Assembly: GCA_029858305.1 (NCBI GenBank)
Contig: JAOUFI010000015.1
Location: 1-40,117, forward strand
Direction: 5' to 3'
DNA: 40,117 nt
Source of the DNA: Candidatus Thorarchaeota archaeon
Lineage (GTDB): Archaea; Asgardarchaeota; Thorarchaeia; Thorarchaeales; Thorarchaeaceae
Part shown: positions 18,910 to 27,515 of the stretch, piece by piece
Numbering within the stretch: the first letter of the stretch is position 1
Layout of the letters: every line of letters begins with the position of its first letter
Translations under genes and position numbers: made by a program
The notes under the pieces: generated by a model
Told to the model about the DNA's origin: nothing
What the model saw: only the letters and a program-made list of their open reading frames with translations
Databases searched by the model: none

Positions 18910-19272
18910 CTAACCGAAGAGCCAGAAGAAAAATCCACCGAAGAATATCAGAGGCAAGATGAACATGATGGCGATTATACAGCAAATGATTGTACAGCAT
19001 GTTCCACACGCAGACTGTTGCTGAGGCGGGCGCTCAATTGTATATGGCGCATCACTTTCGTATACTGTACCAGGAAATGAACCATCATCATATGATCTTG
19101 ATGGCTGGGGGCGACCTTGGTCAGGTAATGAGAATGCTCCAAAACCAGGGAGATATTCAAAGAGCCCTCCACAGTTTCTGCAACGCATCGGTACCTTTTC
19201 ATCATAATCTAATTGCCTGCTGTCTGCAGGTACAATAGAACCACAATAGGGACAAGTTGGATTTTCGGACAT
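18910..19272 (-). CDS. Zn-ribbon protein with Pro/Gln linker and Cys-rich TM
   Basis: PTCPYCG...MRCRNCG; PPQQQSACGTCCTIICCIIA. Confidence 0.82.
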   Translation of the reverse strand: MSENPTCPYCGSIVPADSRQLDYDEKVPMRCRNCGGLFEYLPGFGAFSLPDQGRPQPSRSYDDGSFPGTVYESDAPYTIERPPQQQSACGTCCTIICCIIAIMFILPLIFFGGFFFWLFG

Positions 19273-19380
19273 ATAGTATCGCTCACTTGTTTTACTGTAT
19301 GCATCTTTATCTGGAGAGGTTTTAAGTCTGATGAGAAGAGACCCAGCAATCTTATACGTGCGGTTGTTTCAGCGATGGGT

Positions 19381-20034
19381 ATGTCGGTCAGTGAAAAGAT
19401 ATCTGCAATTGAGAGGCCAGTAAAGATTGGATTTTATGGACCTCTGATAGCGATAATTTGCATTATAGTAGCCATCATTCTGTCACCAGGATTTGATTGG
19501 TTTGTGAATGCCCTCAGTGATCTCGGTCACTATACTAGGACAGATTTGGGACCATACAAGCTTGTTGGAGCCATTGTGTTCAATAGTGGACTTATCATCA
19601 CTGGACTTCTCATGCTCTATTATGCGATCTGGTTTCTCAGAGGAACGACTGATACAATCACCAAGATTGGCGTAATCCCCCTAATCATTTCACTCCTGTT
19701 CTTAATCAGTATAGGAATCTTCTCGGAGAATTTTGGAGAATTGCACTACTGGGTCTCTGTGGGATTCTTTTTCACTTTTCCAATCTCAATGTGGCTTGTC
19801 GGAATTGGATGGTTTAGATTCAAGAACCTTAGATGGTTCTGCATTGCTTCGTTGATCATACCATTCATCTCAGTCTTTATGTGGGCAGACTATCTGAATG
19901 GAACATCAATCTGGCAACAAGCTATTCCTGAGATTGTGACAGCATTTTCGGCAATTGTCTGGTTATGGATCATCAACCTGCTTTATCATAAGGGAAAACT
20001 CACAGGTATCTTGCCATTGAGGGAGGCTACATAA
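19381..20034 (+). CDS. DUF998-family membrane protein
   Basis: FDWFVNALSDLG, FNSG, GIFSE, LH; start at ATG 19375 or 19381. Confidence 0.85.
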   Translation: MSVSEKISAIERPVKIGFYGPLIAIICIIVAIILSPGFDWFVNALSDLGHYTRTDLGPYKLVGAIVFNSGLIITGLLMLYYAIWFLRGTTDTITKIGVIPLIISLLFLISIGIFSENFGELHYWVSVGFFFTFPISMWLVGIGWFRFKNLRWFCIASLIIPFISVFMWADYLNGTSIWQQAIPEIVTAFSAIVWLWIINLLYHKGKLTGILPLREAT

Positions 20035-20037
20035 TAG

Positions 20038-20688
20038 GTGAGCTTCGCAGACACATTGCGAAAAATGCCCAGGGGAAACATGATTGGATTCATTGGACCA
20101 CTTATTTCATTCAGTTGCATCCTGGTCGCAACATTAATTCTCTCGGGATTTGATTGGACATCCAATGCACTAAGTGACCTAGGAAGCTGGTTCAGAACAG
20201 ACCTCGGAGACCTTCAGATTGTGAGCGCCATCCTGTTCAATGGCGGGCTCATCGTGACCGGATTGATGATTCTCTACTTCGTCATCTGGCTCATGATGCA
20301 GACAAGCGACTTACCCTCCAAGATTGCATTTCTCTTCTTTGCAGGTTCCGCAGTTCTTCTTACAGGCATAGGTGTGTTTTCTGAGGATTTCAGTTTCTTT
20401 CATTTCTGGACTGCAGTACCGTTCTTCTTATCGATACCTGTTGTGTTGGGGCTGACTGGACTTGTTTGGATTAGGGTATCAGAGATGAGAATGTATGCAA
20501 TCATCCTGATTATCTTGTCATTGACAAGTCTAGTCATATTATTTCGACCTTGGTTCAGTCTAAGCCTAGCTGTGTTTGAAACTCTTGAGGCAATCGTTTT
20601 GATGGCCAGCTTGTACGGAATCAACTATGTTCACTTAACAGGAAGAATGAGAAGCATTCTGATTGCTAAACCATCCCATGAGCCGTAA
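20038..20688 (+). CDS. DUF998-family membrane protein (tandem paralog)
   Basis: FDWTSNALSDLGSWFRTDLG, FNGG, GVFSE, FH. Confidence 0.85.
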   Translation: MSFADTLRKMPRGNMIGFIGPLISFSCILVATLILSGFDWTSNALSDLGSWFRTDLGDLQIVSAILFNGGLIVTGLMILYFVIWLMMQTSDLPSKIAFLFFAGSAVLLTGIGVFSEDFSFFHFWTAVPFFLSIPVVLGLTGLVWIRVSEMRMYAIILIILSLTSLVILFRPWFSLSLAVFETLEAIVLMASLYGINYVHLTGRMRSILIAKPSHEP

Positions 20689-20758
20689 AACTCAAAGCTG
20701 ACTTTCTATCATGAATAATACCGATTCCGTGTAATTATAGCAGTGGAAATCGATTTTG

Positions 20759-21169
20759 CTAGTACTTGCATTCGCTGCAGCTAGATGTTCCATCACCGAG
20801 GCAACCAAGGGTCTTCTCACCACCATGCTTGATTCCCCATTTCTGCATGTGATCTAAGATTGGTCCGAAATCTAGTCCTTTCTGAGTGAGTTCATAATGG
20901 ACTCGCGCAGGAATAATGGATGCATCAACGACTCGAGTGACAATGCCTTCCTTCTCAAGCTCACGCAGGCGCTGTGTCAGTACTTTAGGACTGACCCAGC
21001 TAATCGCCCGATGTAGTTCACCAAATTGAGCGCCAGCAGGATTCTGAGAAGCAAGGAGCTCCTGTAGTACTAGAATAGCCCATCTTTTACCAAGAATTCG
21101 TGTTACTAGGAAGATGGGGCAGTTCTCTGCAGACGCTCTTGTTCGAATTGTATCTGAGCGCATTGCCAT
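20759..21169 (-). CDS. HxlR-family winged-HTH regulator
   Basis: CPI...ILGKRW, FGEL, SPKVLTQRLRELEKEG, YELTQKG, WG. Confidence 0.92.
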   Translation of the reverse strand: MAMRSDTIRTRASAENCPIFLVTRILGKRWAILVLQELLASQNPAGAQFGELHRAISWVSPKVLTQRLRELEKEGIVTRVVDASIIPARVHYELTQKGLDFGPILDHMQKWGIKHGGEKTLGCLGDGTSSCSECKY

Positions 21170-21182
21170 TCACCACTGATAC

Positions 21183-21216
21183 TTACTTTTTGGTAACTAC
21201 TATACTTATTATAGTA
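21183..21216. promoter_or_regulatory. Putative HxlR operator: two adjacent palindromes
   Basis: ttac-n6-gtaa (21183-21196) and tactata-n5-tatagta (21198-21216) between the divergent genes. Confidence 0.6.
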
Positions 21217-21271
21217 TGTATTGGATATAAATAACAATTGACAACTATGTTCACTGTTGGAGTGATTGAAA

Positions 21272-22486
21272 ATGAGTAAGAGTCCTGCAGATATGAAAGA
21301 ACGAAAAGCGAAGCTGAAGCACGCAGTGGAGAAGCTCCACAAGGGAGCCTCAGTTTCAGATGTTAAGGAAGAATTCAAGGATATTCTCAAAGATGCATCC
21401 CCTCTGGAGATCTCAAAGATAGAGGAGGAATTGATTGAGGAAGGGATACCAAGAGAGAAGATTCAGAGCCTATGTGATGTTCATCTCGAGCTCTTCAAGG
21501 ATTCACTTCAAGAGCCAAGTCCGGATCTTCCTGAAACACACCCCATATACATACTGATGCAAGAACACAAGATCATTCTTAGTACAGCAATCAGACTTGC
21601 TGAGCTTGCACAGGTCTGTGCGGAAGATGCGGCACAGAGGCCATCCCCAGAAATCATTTCAGGAATTATGAAATCCATTGAAACTCTGAGGGAGTCTGCA
21701 AATCACTATCAAAGAGAGGAAAATGTTCTTTTCCCAATGTTGGAAGCTCACGGTATTGTACAACCGCCAGCAATTATGTGGTCGGAACATGATACGGTGA
21801 GGAGTATTGAGAAGACTCTTTTCAGCATGTTTGAAACTGGACCAAAACTAGATTCCCATACAATAAAACAACTCAGAAGCTCTGCGCTTTCCCTAACAGA
21901 AACTCTCTCAAGTCATTTCTTCAAAGAAAATAACATCTTGTTTCAAACATCATTGAAATTGTTTAGTAAGGAAGAGTGGCAGAAAGCCCGAGCTGACTTC
22001 GATGATATAGGATATGGTATATTCAAACCAAAGGGTATGAAAGTTCAGACAGTAGATTCGCAATCGCTTGAATACAGCGAGAAGAAAGGTTTGATCAAAT
22101 TCGAGAGCGGAGCGATGACAAGAGAAGTCCTTGAAGCAGTGCTCAATACATTACCTGTAGATATCACCTTTGTAGATGAGAAAGATCAGGTTCGATATTT
22201 CAGTCAATCCTCAGAAAGAATCTTCGTTCGGTCAAAGTCAGTGATTGGCAGAGAAGTACGAAATTGCCATCCACAAAAAAGTGTTGAGAAGGTTGAGCAA
22301 ATCTTAAACGACTTTAGAGCAGGCACACGTGATAAGGCAGAGTTCTGGATTCGAATGGGCGAAGCACTCATCTACATCAGATATTTTCCTGTCAGGGATT
22401 CGGAGGGCAAATATCTTGGATGCTTGGAAGTGACCCAAAATATCACTGAGATACAAAAACTAGAGGGAGAAAAACGCCTTCTATGA
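21272..22486 (+). CDS. DUF438, hemerythrin and PAS domain protein
   Basis: EISKIEEELI..LCDVH; HPI...EH, HYQREEN, MWSEHD, HFFKENN; LPVDITFVD...NCHP...EFWI. Confidence 0.92.
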   Translation: MSKSPADMKERKAKLKHAVEKLHKGASVSDVKEEFKDILKDASPLEISKIEEELIEEGIPREKIQSLCDVHLELFKDSLQEPSPDLPETHPIYILMQEHKIILSTAIRLAELAQVCAEDAAQRPSPEIISGIMKSIETLRESANHYQREENVLFPMLEAHGIVQPPAIMWSEHDTVRSIEKTLFSMFETGPKLDSHTIKQLRSSALSLTETLSSHFFKENNILFQTSLKLFSKEEWQKARADFDDIGYGIFKPKGMKVQTVDSQSLEYSEKKGLIKFESGAMTREVLEAVLNTLPVDITFVDEKDQVRYFSQSSERIFVRSKSVIGREVRNCHPQKSVEKVEQILNDFRAGTRDKAEFWIRMGEALIYIRYFPVRDSEGKYLGCLEVTQNITEIQKLEGEKRLL

Positions 22487-22611
22487 CTTGTAGAATTATT
22501 GGTATATTATAGTGTAAAAGAATGAGCCTCTGAGGCTTGAGGCTCTTCTTCTTCTTAGCTGAAATGTGGAAGAGTTGATATTCCTTCACATCATAGTTTG
22601 ATTGAGGAAGT

Positions 22612-23367
22612 ATGGGAGCAGCAATCGATAGTTTCGTGATGGCAATTGAAATCGCAGGGTCATTGGGGATTCTAGCTCTTATTTGGAGTTTCATCACAAG
22701 ACTACGAACCCAGCCAAGAAAACGTGGCGTGTTCCAACGGCTACCTGTTCTTCTATCAGCTGTCGTATTCATAATCTCAATAATCATTATAGGACAATTG
22801 GGAATACTGCCTATAGCTGAGTATAAGGGTACAAATCAGCTGAACAGATACGTTACTTCTGGTGAAATACTTCATTTCAATGTGTATGAATCGAATATTG
22901 CATACTCTGAAAATATTGAGATGCGACTGGATACTTACCTCATGCCTAGTGAAACCATCAATAACACAATTGAGTTCTATCTCGGAGATAGTCTAATCGA
23001 TATGATTTACATCAATCTCTCATCAGCAGGAGTAGAAAACACGGTCACAGAAGAAAGAATTCTTGATCTGGAACCAGGACTCTACATTGTGAGAATCAAT
23101 CACACTTTCTATGAAGATGGCATTCCTGATGATACACTTGCGCATTGGGAGCGTTTCACGCTCACTCAAGCAGTAAAATCATCCTTCATACAAGAGCTGG
23201 TGAGTTGGAGTAGTTTACAATTTGGTCTGAATATTGGTTGCTTCTTCCTGCTGCTTGGGGGATTTTGTGTCGGAACCAGCAAACCACGTTATACTACTGA
23301 GGACACCTACGAAGAACCACAGACGGACTTCGGAGATGGTGGTCCAGAATATGGGAAAGGCTGTTAA
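22612..23367 (+). CDS. Hypothetical membrane protein (3 TM, beta-rich loop domain)
   Basis: Two N-terminal TMs, an acidic beta-rich domain (LEPGLYIV), a third TM and an acidic tail. Confidence 0.7.
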   Translation: MGAAIDSFVMAIEIAGSLGILALIWSFITRLRTQPRKRGVFQRLPVLLSAVVFIISIIIIGQLGILPIAEYKGTNQLNRYVTSGEILHFNVYESNIAYSENIEMRLDTYLMPSETINNTIEFYLGDSLIDMIYINLSSAGVENTVTEERILDLEPGLYIVRINHTFYEDGIPDDTLAHWERFTLTQAVKSSFIQELVSWSSLQFGLNIGCFFLLLGGFCVGTSKPRYTTEDTYEEPQTDFGDGGPEYGKGC

Positions 23368-23382
23368 GTCAAACATTGAAAA

Positions 23383-24264
23383 TTAAGACTGCTTATGCAA
23401 ACTAATTTTCTTCAATAATAGATATTCAGATTCAACATACTGGAATGAATTATCATATAGGTATTCTAGGATATCTTGATGGTCAACCTGTACCCAGAAA
23501 GTGATATATCCCGCACCAACGTGGTTTGAGGCGGATTTGATTACTTCCACACCATAACCGGTCTTGAATGCAAAGTTCACTGCAGTAGTGTTTTCATATC
23601 CATCATCATGCTCGAATCTCAGGAAACCAATGAGAGTGTTTTTCTTTTGTATTCTAACAGCGTACGCTTCAGGTTCCTGAATAACTCGCAACCAGCCATC
23701 TGCGTTTCGACTACTCCAATATGAATCAGGTTTCAATTTAGTTAGATGATGCATGTCATTTGATGTTGCAGATTTTAGAGTGGTGTTTTCAACGGTTGCG
23801 AAGCATGATGGGCCCCTACAGCATACAACGAGAGTTCGAACGCCATACCCAAGTCGTTCATAGAATGGCAAGACCCGCTGATTATGTGCCTTCACACCCA
23901 AAGCAAAGTGAGTCAGAGCTGGATTTTTCTGGAGTAGTAATTTTTGAGACTCGCGGACTAGAGATTCTCCGACACCTTTGTTTCTCCACCCCGGTTTTAC
24001 AGCAAGCTCCCATATCAATCCCCACTTAAGACTCTCTGAGATAGAGTTGATGACAACTCCGACAAGTTCATTGTCAATACGGGCAACTCGCCAGAGTGAG
24101 TCTAGTGTACCGTTCTCTTTACTACGAATCCACCAGTTGAGAAATCTGTCATAGGAAATAGGATCAACATTTGGTAATCCAGACTTGTAGATTTGGAAGA
24201 ACTCCTCACGTTCAATGTCATGGGGACTACGAATCTCTATTTTATCAACCACATGAAGGACCAT
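23383..24264 (-). CDS. GNAT acetyltransferase (tandem GNAT domains)
   Basis: LAVKPGWRNKGVG, N..VLPFYERLGY. Confidence 0.88.
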   Translation of the reverse strand: MVLHVVDKIEIRSPHDIEREEFFQIYKSGLPNVDPISYDRFLNWWIRSKENGTLDSLWRVARIDNELVGVVINSISESLKWGLIWELAVKPGWRNKGVGESLVRESQKLLLQKNPALTHFALGVKAHNQRVLPFYERLGYGVRTLVVCCRGPSCFATVENTTLKSATSNDMHHLTKLKPDSYWSSRNADGWLRVIQEPEAYAVRIQKKNTLIGFLRFEHDDGYENTTAVNFAFKTGYGVEVIKSASNHVGAGYITFWVQVDHQDILEYLYDNSFQYVESEYLLLKKISLHKQS

Positions 24265-24310
24265 CCATCTTTCATTTTGTTGTCAAGCGATTTCTAGATT
24301 GATTAATACT

Positions 24311-25174
24311 TCATACTGTTCCTTTAACACGTTTCCTCGCGAGAAATTCTGCCTCAGTTCGCTCGAATCCTTCAGCATAAAGATGATCTAGGATGATTTC
24401 GTGTTTGACCTCCACCCAAAGGATTGCTTTTCTAGTAGTCACCTCATTGAGTGCCGCATCAACTACAGCTCTTCCATAGCCTTGTCGATAACTGAACGAG
24501 ATAACTGTAGCATCAGGAAAATCATGGTCATATTCGAATCGAACGAAGCCTACAATCATATTGCTTGCAGGTTCGGTCATGAGATAGCAGTTTCCGCCAC
24601 GTAGTGAGAACTCTATTTTGCGATAGTCCCGCATACCCCAATAGGTGTCTGGAGTAAGATGCATTATCAGGGGAATGTCATCAAGTCGTGGTATCTTCAC
24701 ATCAAGGTTGTTACTGAAGGTCTTATTTTCAACAGTTCCATCCAAACGCAATACAAGCGATTGGATACCGTAGCCTAGATGCTCAGTGAAGGGAATAGCA
24801 AACGGATTATGAAGCTTTACACCCATGGCAAAATGGGTAAGATTTTGATTTCGCTCTAACAGCGCATTTTCAGATTCCTGGACAAGATGTGTTCCTATTC
24901 CCTTACGACGCCACTCTGGAGCCACTACAAGCTCCCAGATTGCACCCCAACCATAACTGTCAAGGATCATATTAATCGCGACACCTACAATTTCATCCTC
25001 TACTGTGGCAACCTTCCAGAGAGCAAGAAGGTCTCCAAGCACTTTGCTTCGATTCCACCATCTTGAGAAGCCATCATAGGTTAAGGCATCCACATACGGC
25101 ACTCCAGTTTGATAGACTTGATAGAACGATGATTTCTCCTCCAGTGTTGGTGGGCGAATAGCAGCTTCAACCAT
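24311..25174 (-). CDS. GNAT acetyltransferase (paralog of 23383-24264)
   Basis: LVVAPEWRRKGIG; shared WWxRSK, WG.IWEL, THFA.GVK, PD.YW. Confidence 0.88.
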   Translation of the reverse strand: MVEAAIRPPTLEEKSSFYQVYQTGVPYVDALTYDGFSRWWNRSKVLGDLLALWKVATVEDEIVGVAINMILDSYGWGAIWELVVAPEWRRKGIGTHLVQESENALLERNQNLTHFAMGVKLHNPFAIPFTEHLGYGIQSLVLRLDGTVENKTFSNNLDVKIPRLDDIPLIMHLTPDTYWGMRDYRKIEFSLRGGNCYLMTEPASNMIVGFVRFEYDHDFPDATVISFSYRQGYGRAVVDAALNEVTTRKAILWVEVKHEIILDHLYAEGFERTEAEFLARKRVKGTV

Positions 25175-25379
25175 TTCTAAGTACCTCTCATATCAATGAT
25201 ACAGAGACTCTATTCTACTCGGATGATAGCGATGAAAGAATACAGACCATTTCATGTATAGAAAAAGACCTAGATAAGTATGATTCCGTGTACAAACAAC
25301 TAATCTACTATACAAATGTAGATTCATTTTTTGTGATAGAAAGAACGAATCAGTTAAGTGGATTTTTTTGTAATTCCCG

Positions 25380-26054
25380 ATGGTGAAAACATTGACAATT
25401 GTCATTCGTTGGTTGGGACATTCCAGCTTCCAAATAAAGGTAGATGAGAAGATTATCTATCTTGACTTATACCGTTCGAAGCAACTGAGGGAAAGAGTTC
25501 CCGATGTTCTTGAACCAGCCTCCATCGTACTCGTGACACACGCTCATAATGACCATTGTTTCCCAGAAGCAGTCAATGAAGTGAGAAATGAGGATACTAG
25601 GGTAATTGCTCCTGAAACTTGTAGTGAGAAACTAGAATACGAATTCCTATCTCTTGAGCCCGGAGAGGAGGAAACAATCGAAGGAATGACCATTGGGGCC
25701 GTCCATGCATACAATGTGAAGAGATTCCGGTCTCCGGGAAATCCCTATCATCCAAAAGGATATGGTGTTGGGTATCTCGTAAAAGCACAAGGCAAGACAA
25801 TCTACTTTGCGGGTGACACGGATGTCATTCCAGAGATGAAAGGGATTGGACCAGTGGATGTAGCACTTCTTCCCTGTGGTGACACATACACGATGGATAA
25901 CAAGGATGCTGCAGAAGCTACCAAGATTATCAAACCAAAAGTTGTCATCCCAATGCATACCTGGGACAAAAGCATTGACGACTTCAAGAGAGGAATTGAA
26001 GGTACGAAGACAAAATTTGTTTCATTAAAGGAAGGAGAGTCCTACACGATTTAG
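25380..26054 (+). CDS. MBL-fold metallo-hydrolase
   Basis: WLGHSSF, THAHNDH, AYN...HPKG, AGDT, IPMH. Confidence 0.92.
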   Translation: MVKTLTIVIRWLGHSSFQIKVDEKIIYLDLYRSKQLRERVPDVLEPASIVLVTHAHNDHCFPEAVNEVRNEDTRVIAPETCSEKLEYEFLSLEPGEEETIEGMTIGAVHAYNVKRFRSPGNPYHPKGYGVGYLVKAQGKTIYFAGDTDVIPEMKGIGPVDVALLPCGDTYTMDNKDAAEATKIIKPKVVIPMHTWDKSIDDFKRGIEGTKTKFVSLKEGESYTI

Positions 26055-26071
26055 AATGCTGCATATCGCTT

Positions 26072-26120
26072 GAAAAATAAGTAAAAATTAGCTGCAGGGA
26101 ATCAGCTCCCCTGCAGCTAA
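26072..26120 (-). terminator. Hairpin plus U-tract between convergent genes
   Basis: ttagctgcaggg (26088-26099) pairs with ccctgcagctaa (26109-26120); followed on the minus strand by TTTTTACTTATTTTT. Confidence 0.75.
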
Positions 26121-26127
26121 AGAATCT

Positions 26128-27444
26128 CTATAGTAGTTCATCTATCACTTCTAAAAGCTCGACAACCTTCAACTTGGAGCCAACATCTGATAGATCCTTA
26201 CCGGTCTCCTCTTCCTCTTTCTTCAATGCCTTGATGCCATCACTGAAGTTGGTGATACAGAAGGGACACGAGGTCATCAGGATATCAGCACCTGTGGAGG
26301 CCGCTTCCTTCAAACGCTCCTTTGCTGTCGAAAGAGCCATGTCTGGGAATTGTGCTTTCACGCCACCGCCAGCACCACAACAGAACGAGTCGCCTCTAGT
26401 TCGGTACATCTCTTTCAACTCAAGACCAGGAATTGCACCCAAGACCACTCGTGGAATCTCATAATGGGCTTCCTTTGCCTTCTCTGCACCTCTGCTATCA
26501 ACAAGCCAGTTCTTTGAATTGTGAAGAATGTCCTTCTCAATGGCGATACCAACATGGCGAATACTGTGACACGGATCGTGCCATGTTACCTCCTTGTTGT
26601 AAGGATTCTTGATCTTTAGCTTACCTTCTTGGAGAAGATCATACACGTACTCCACGGTGTGTCGTGTCTTGAAAGGTAGTGGTTTACCACTGACGCGGGG
26701 GTAATCATTCCTGATAGTCTTATAGCACCCCGCACATGAAAAGAGTAAGAGGTCGAAGTCCTTGAAAGTCTCCAAGTTCTTCTCCATAACCTCTTTGAAG
26801 ACTGGTTTCTGACCGGTCCTCAAAATGGGTGAACCACAACAGACCTCATCTGAAATGATGGTAAAGTCGACACCGAGCTTCTTTAGTATGGATGCAGTTC
26901 GGTCAGCGACATGCTGCTGGCGGTAGGCACCGGTGCAGCCAACAAAATATCCAATCTTGACATCCTTGTCAATCTGCTCTGCATGCTTCTCCTGAGCCCA
27001 TTTTGTGCGGTCACTCCGTGCTTCGTTATAGGGATTCCGCATATCATCATTGCTAACCATATCGCGGAACTTTGCATGCTTCGGCAAAGGTTCTACGCCA
27101 GCTTCAATAACAGCAGCCCTGAGTTCCTCAGTCACATGGACTGTGTCAATGTAGTTAGGACATTGAGTTTCGCACATTCCGCATGTAGTGCAAGCTTCTG
27201 CAATTTCAAGCAGTTCCGGGCTTGCAGGAAGCTCTCCATTTAGAAAGGCACGTGCCATCCATTGCTTCCCAGAGTTGAAATAGCCCTCCCAGCCAAAATA
27301 AATGCCAGCGGGGCACCCTTGGAGCATACCAGTGTATGTTTTATCCTTTCCTTCACGGTCAGGCTCACCAGAATAGGCATACTGGCAGGCACGACAGTGG
27401 ATACAGCGTGCATTGATGTTGCGAAGGTCTTCTAGACTAGTCAT
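26128..27444 (-). CDS. HdrD/GlcF-like Fe-S oxidoreductase (2x[4Fe-4S] plus two CCG domains)
   Basis: CIHCRAC..CP, CTTCGMCETQCP, GC..CCGSP..CAGC, HDPCH..CCGAG..CPFC. Confidence 0.9.
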   Translation of the reverse strand: MTSLEDLRNINARCIHCRACQYAYSGEPDREGKDKTYTGMLQGCPAGIYFGWEGYFNSGKQWMARAFLNGELPASPELLEIAEACTTCGMCETQCPNYIDTVHVTEELRAAVIEAGVEPLPKHAKFRDMVSNDDMRNPYNEARSDRTKWAQEKHAEQIDKDVKIGYFVGCTGAYRQQHVADRTASILKKLGVDFTIISDEVCCGSPILRTGQKPVFKEVMEKNLETFKDFDLLLFSCAGCYKTIRNDYPRVSGKPLPFKTRHTVEYVYDLLQEGKLKIKNPYNKEVTWHDPCHSIRHVGIAIEKDILHNSKNWLVDSRGAEKAKEAHYEIPRVVLGAIPGLELKEMYRTRGDSFCCGAGGGVKAQFPDMALSTAKERLKEAASTGADILMTSCPFCITNFSDGIKALKKEEEETGKDLSDVGSKLKVVELLEVIDELL

Positions 27445-27515
27445 GTCAATCTTTCCTCCCTATCATTCTTAGCATTAAAGATGTTACTATTTGTAACTTT
27501 TCCAGCCCCCTAGTT

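Noticed and set aside
19213-19380. N-terminal extension of the first DUF998 ORF
   Set aside because: It overlaps the divergent Zn-ribbon gene; the paralog alignment starts near 19381.
13697-26120. Hairpins at 13697 and 26088 as SECIS elements or MITE ends
   Set aside because: No GAA/A bulge, no in-frame UGA selenoprotein nearby, and the two are unrelated in sequence; they fit 3'-end structures better.
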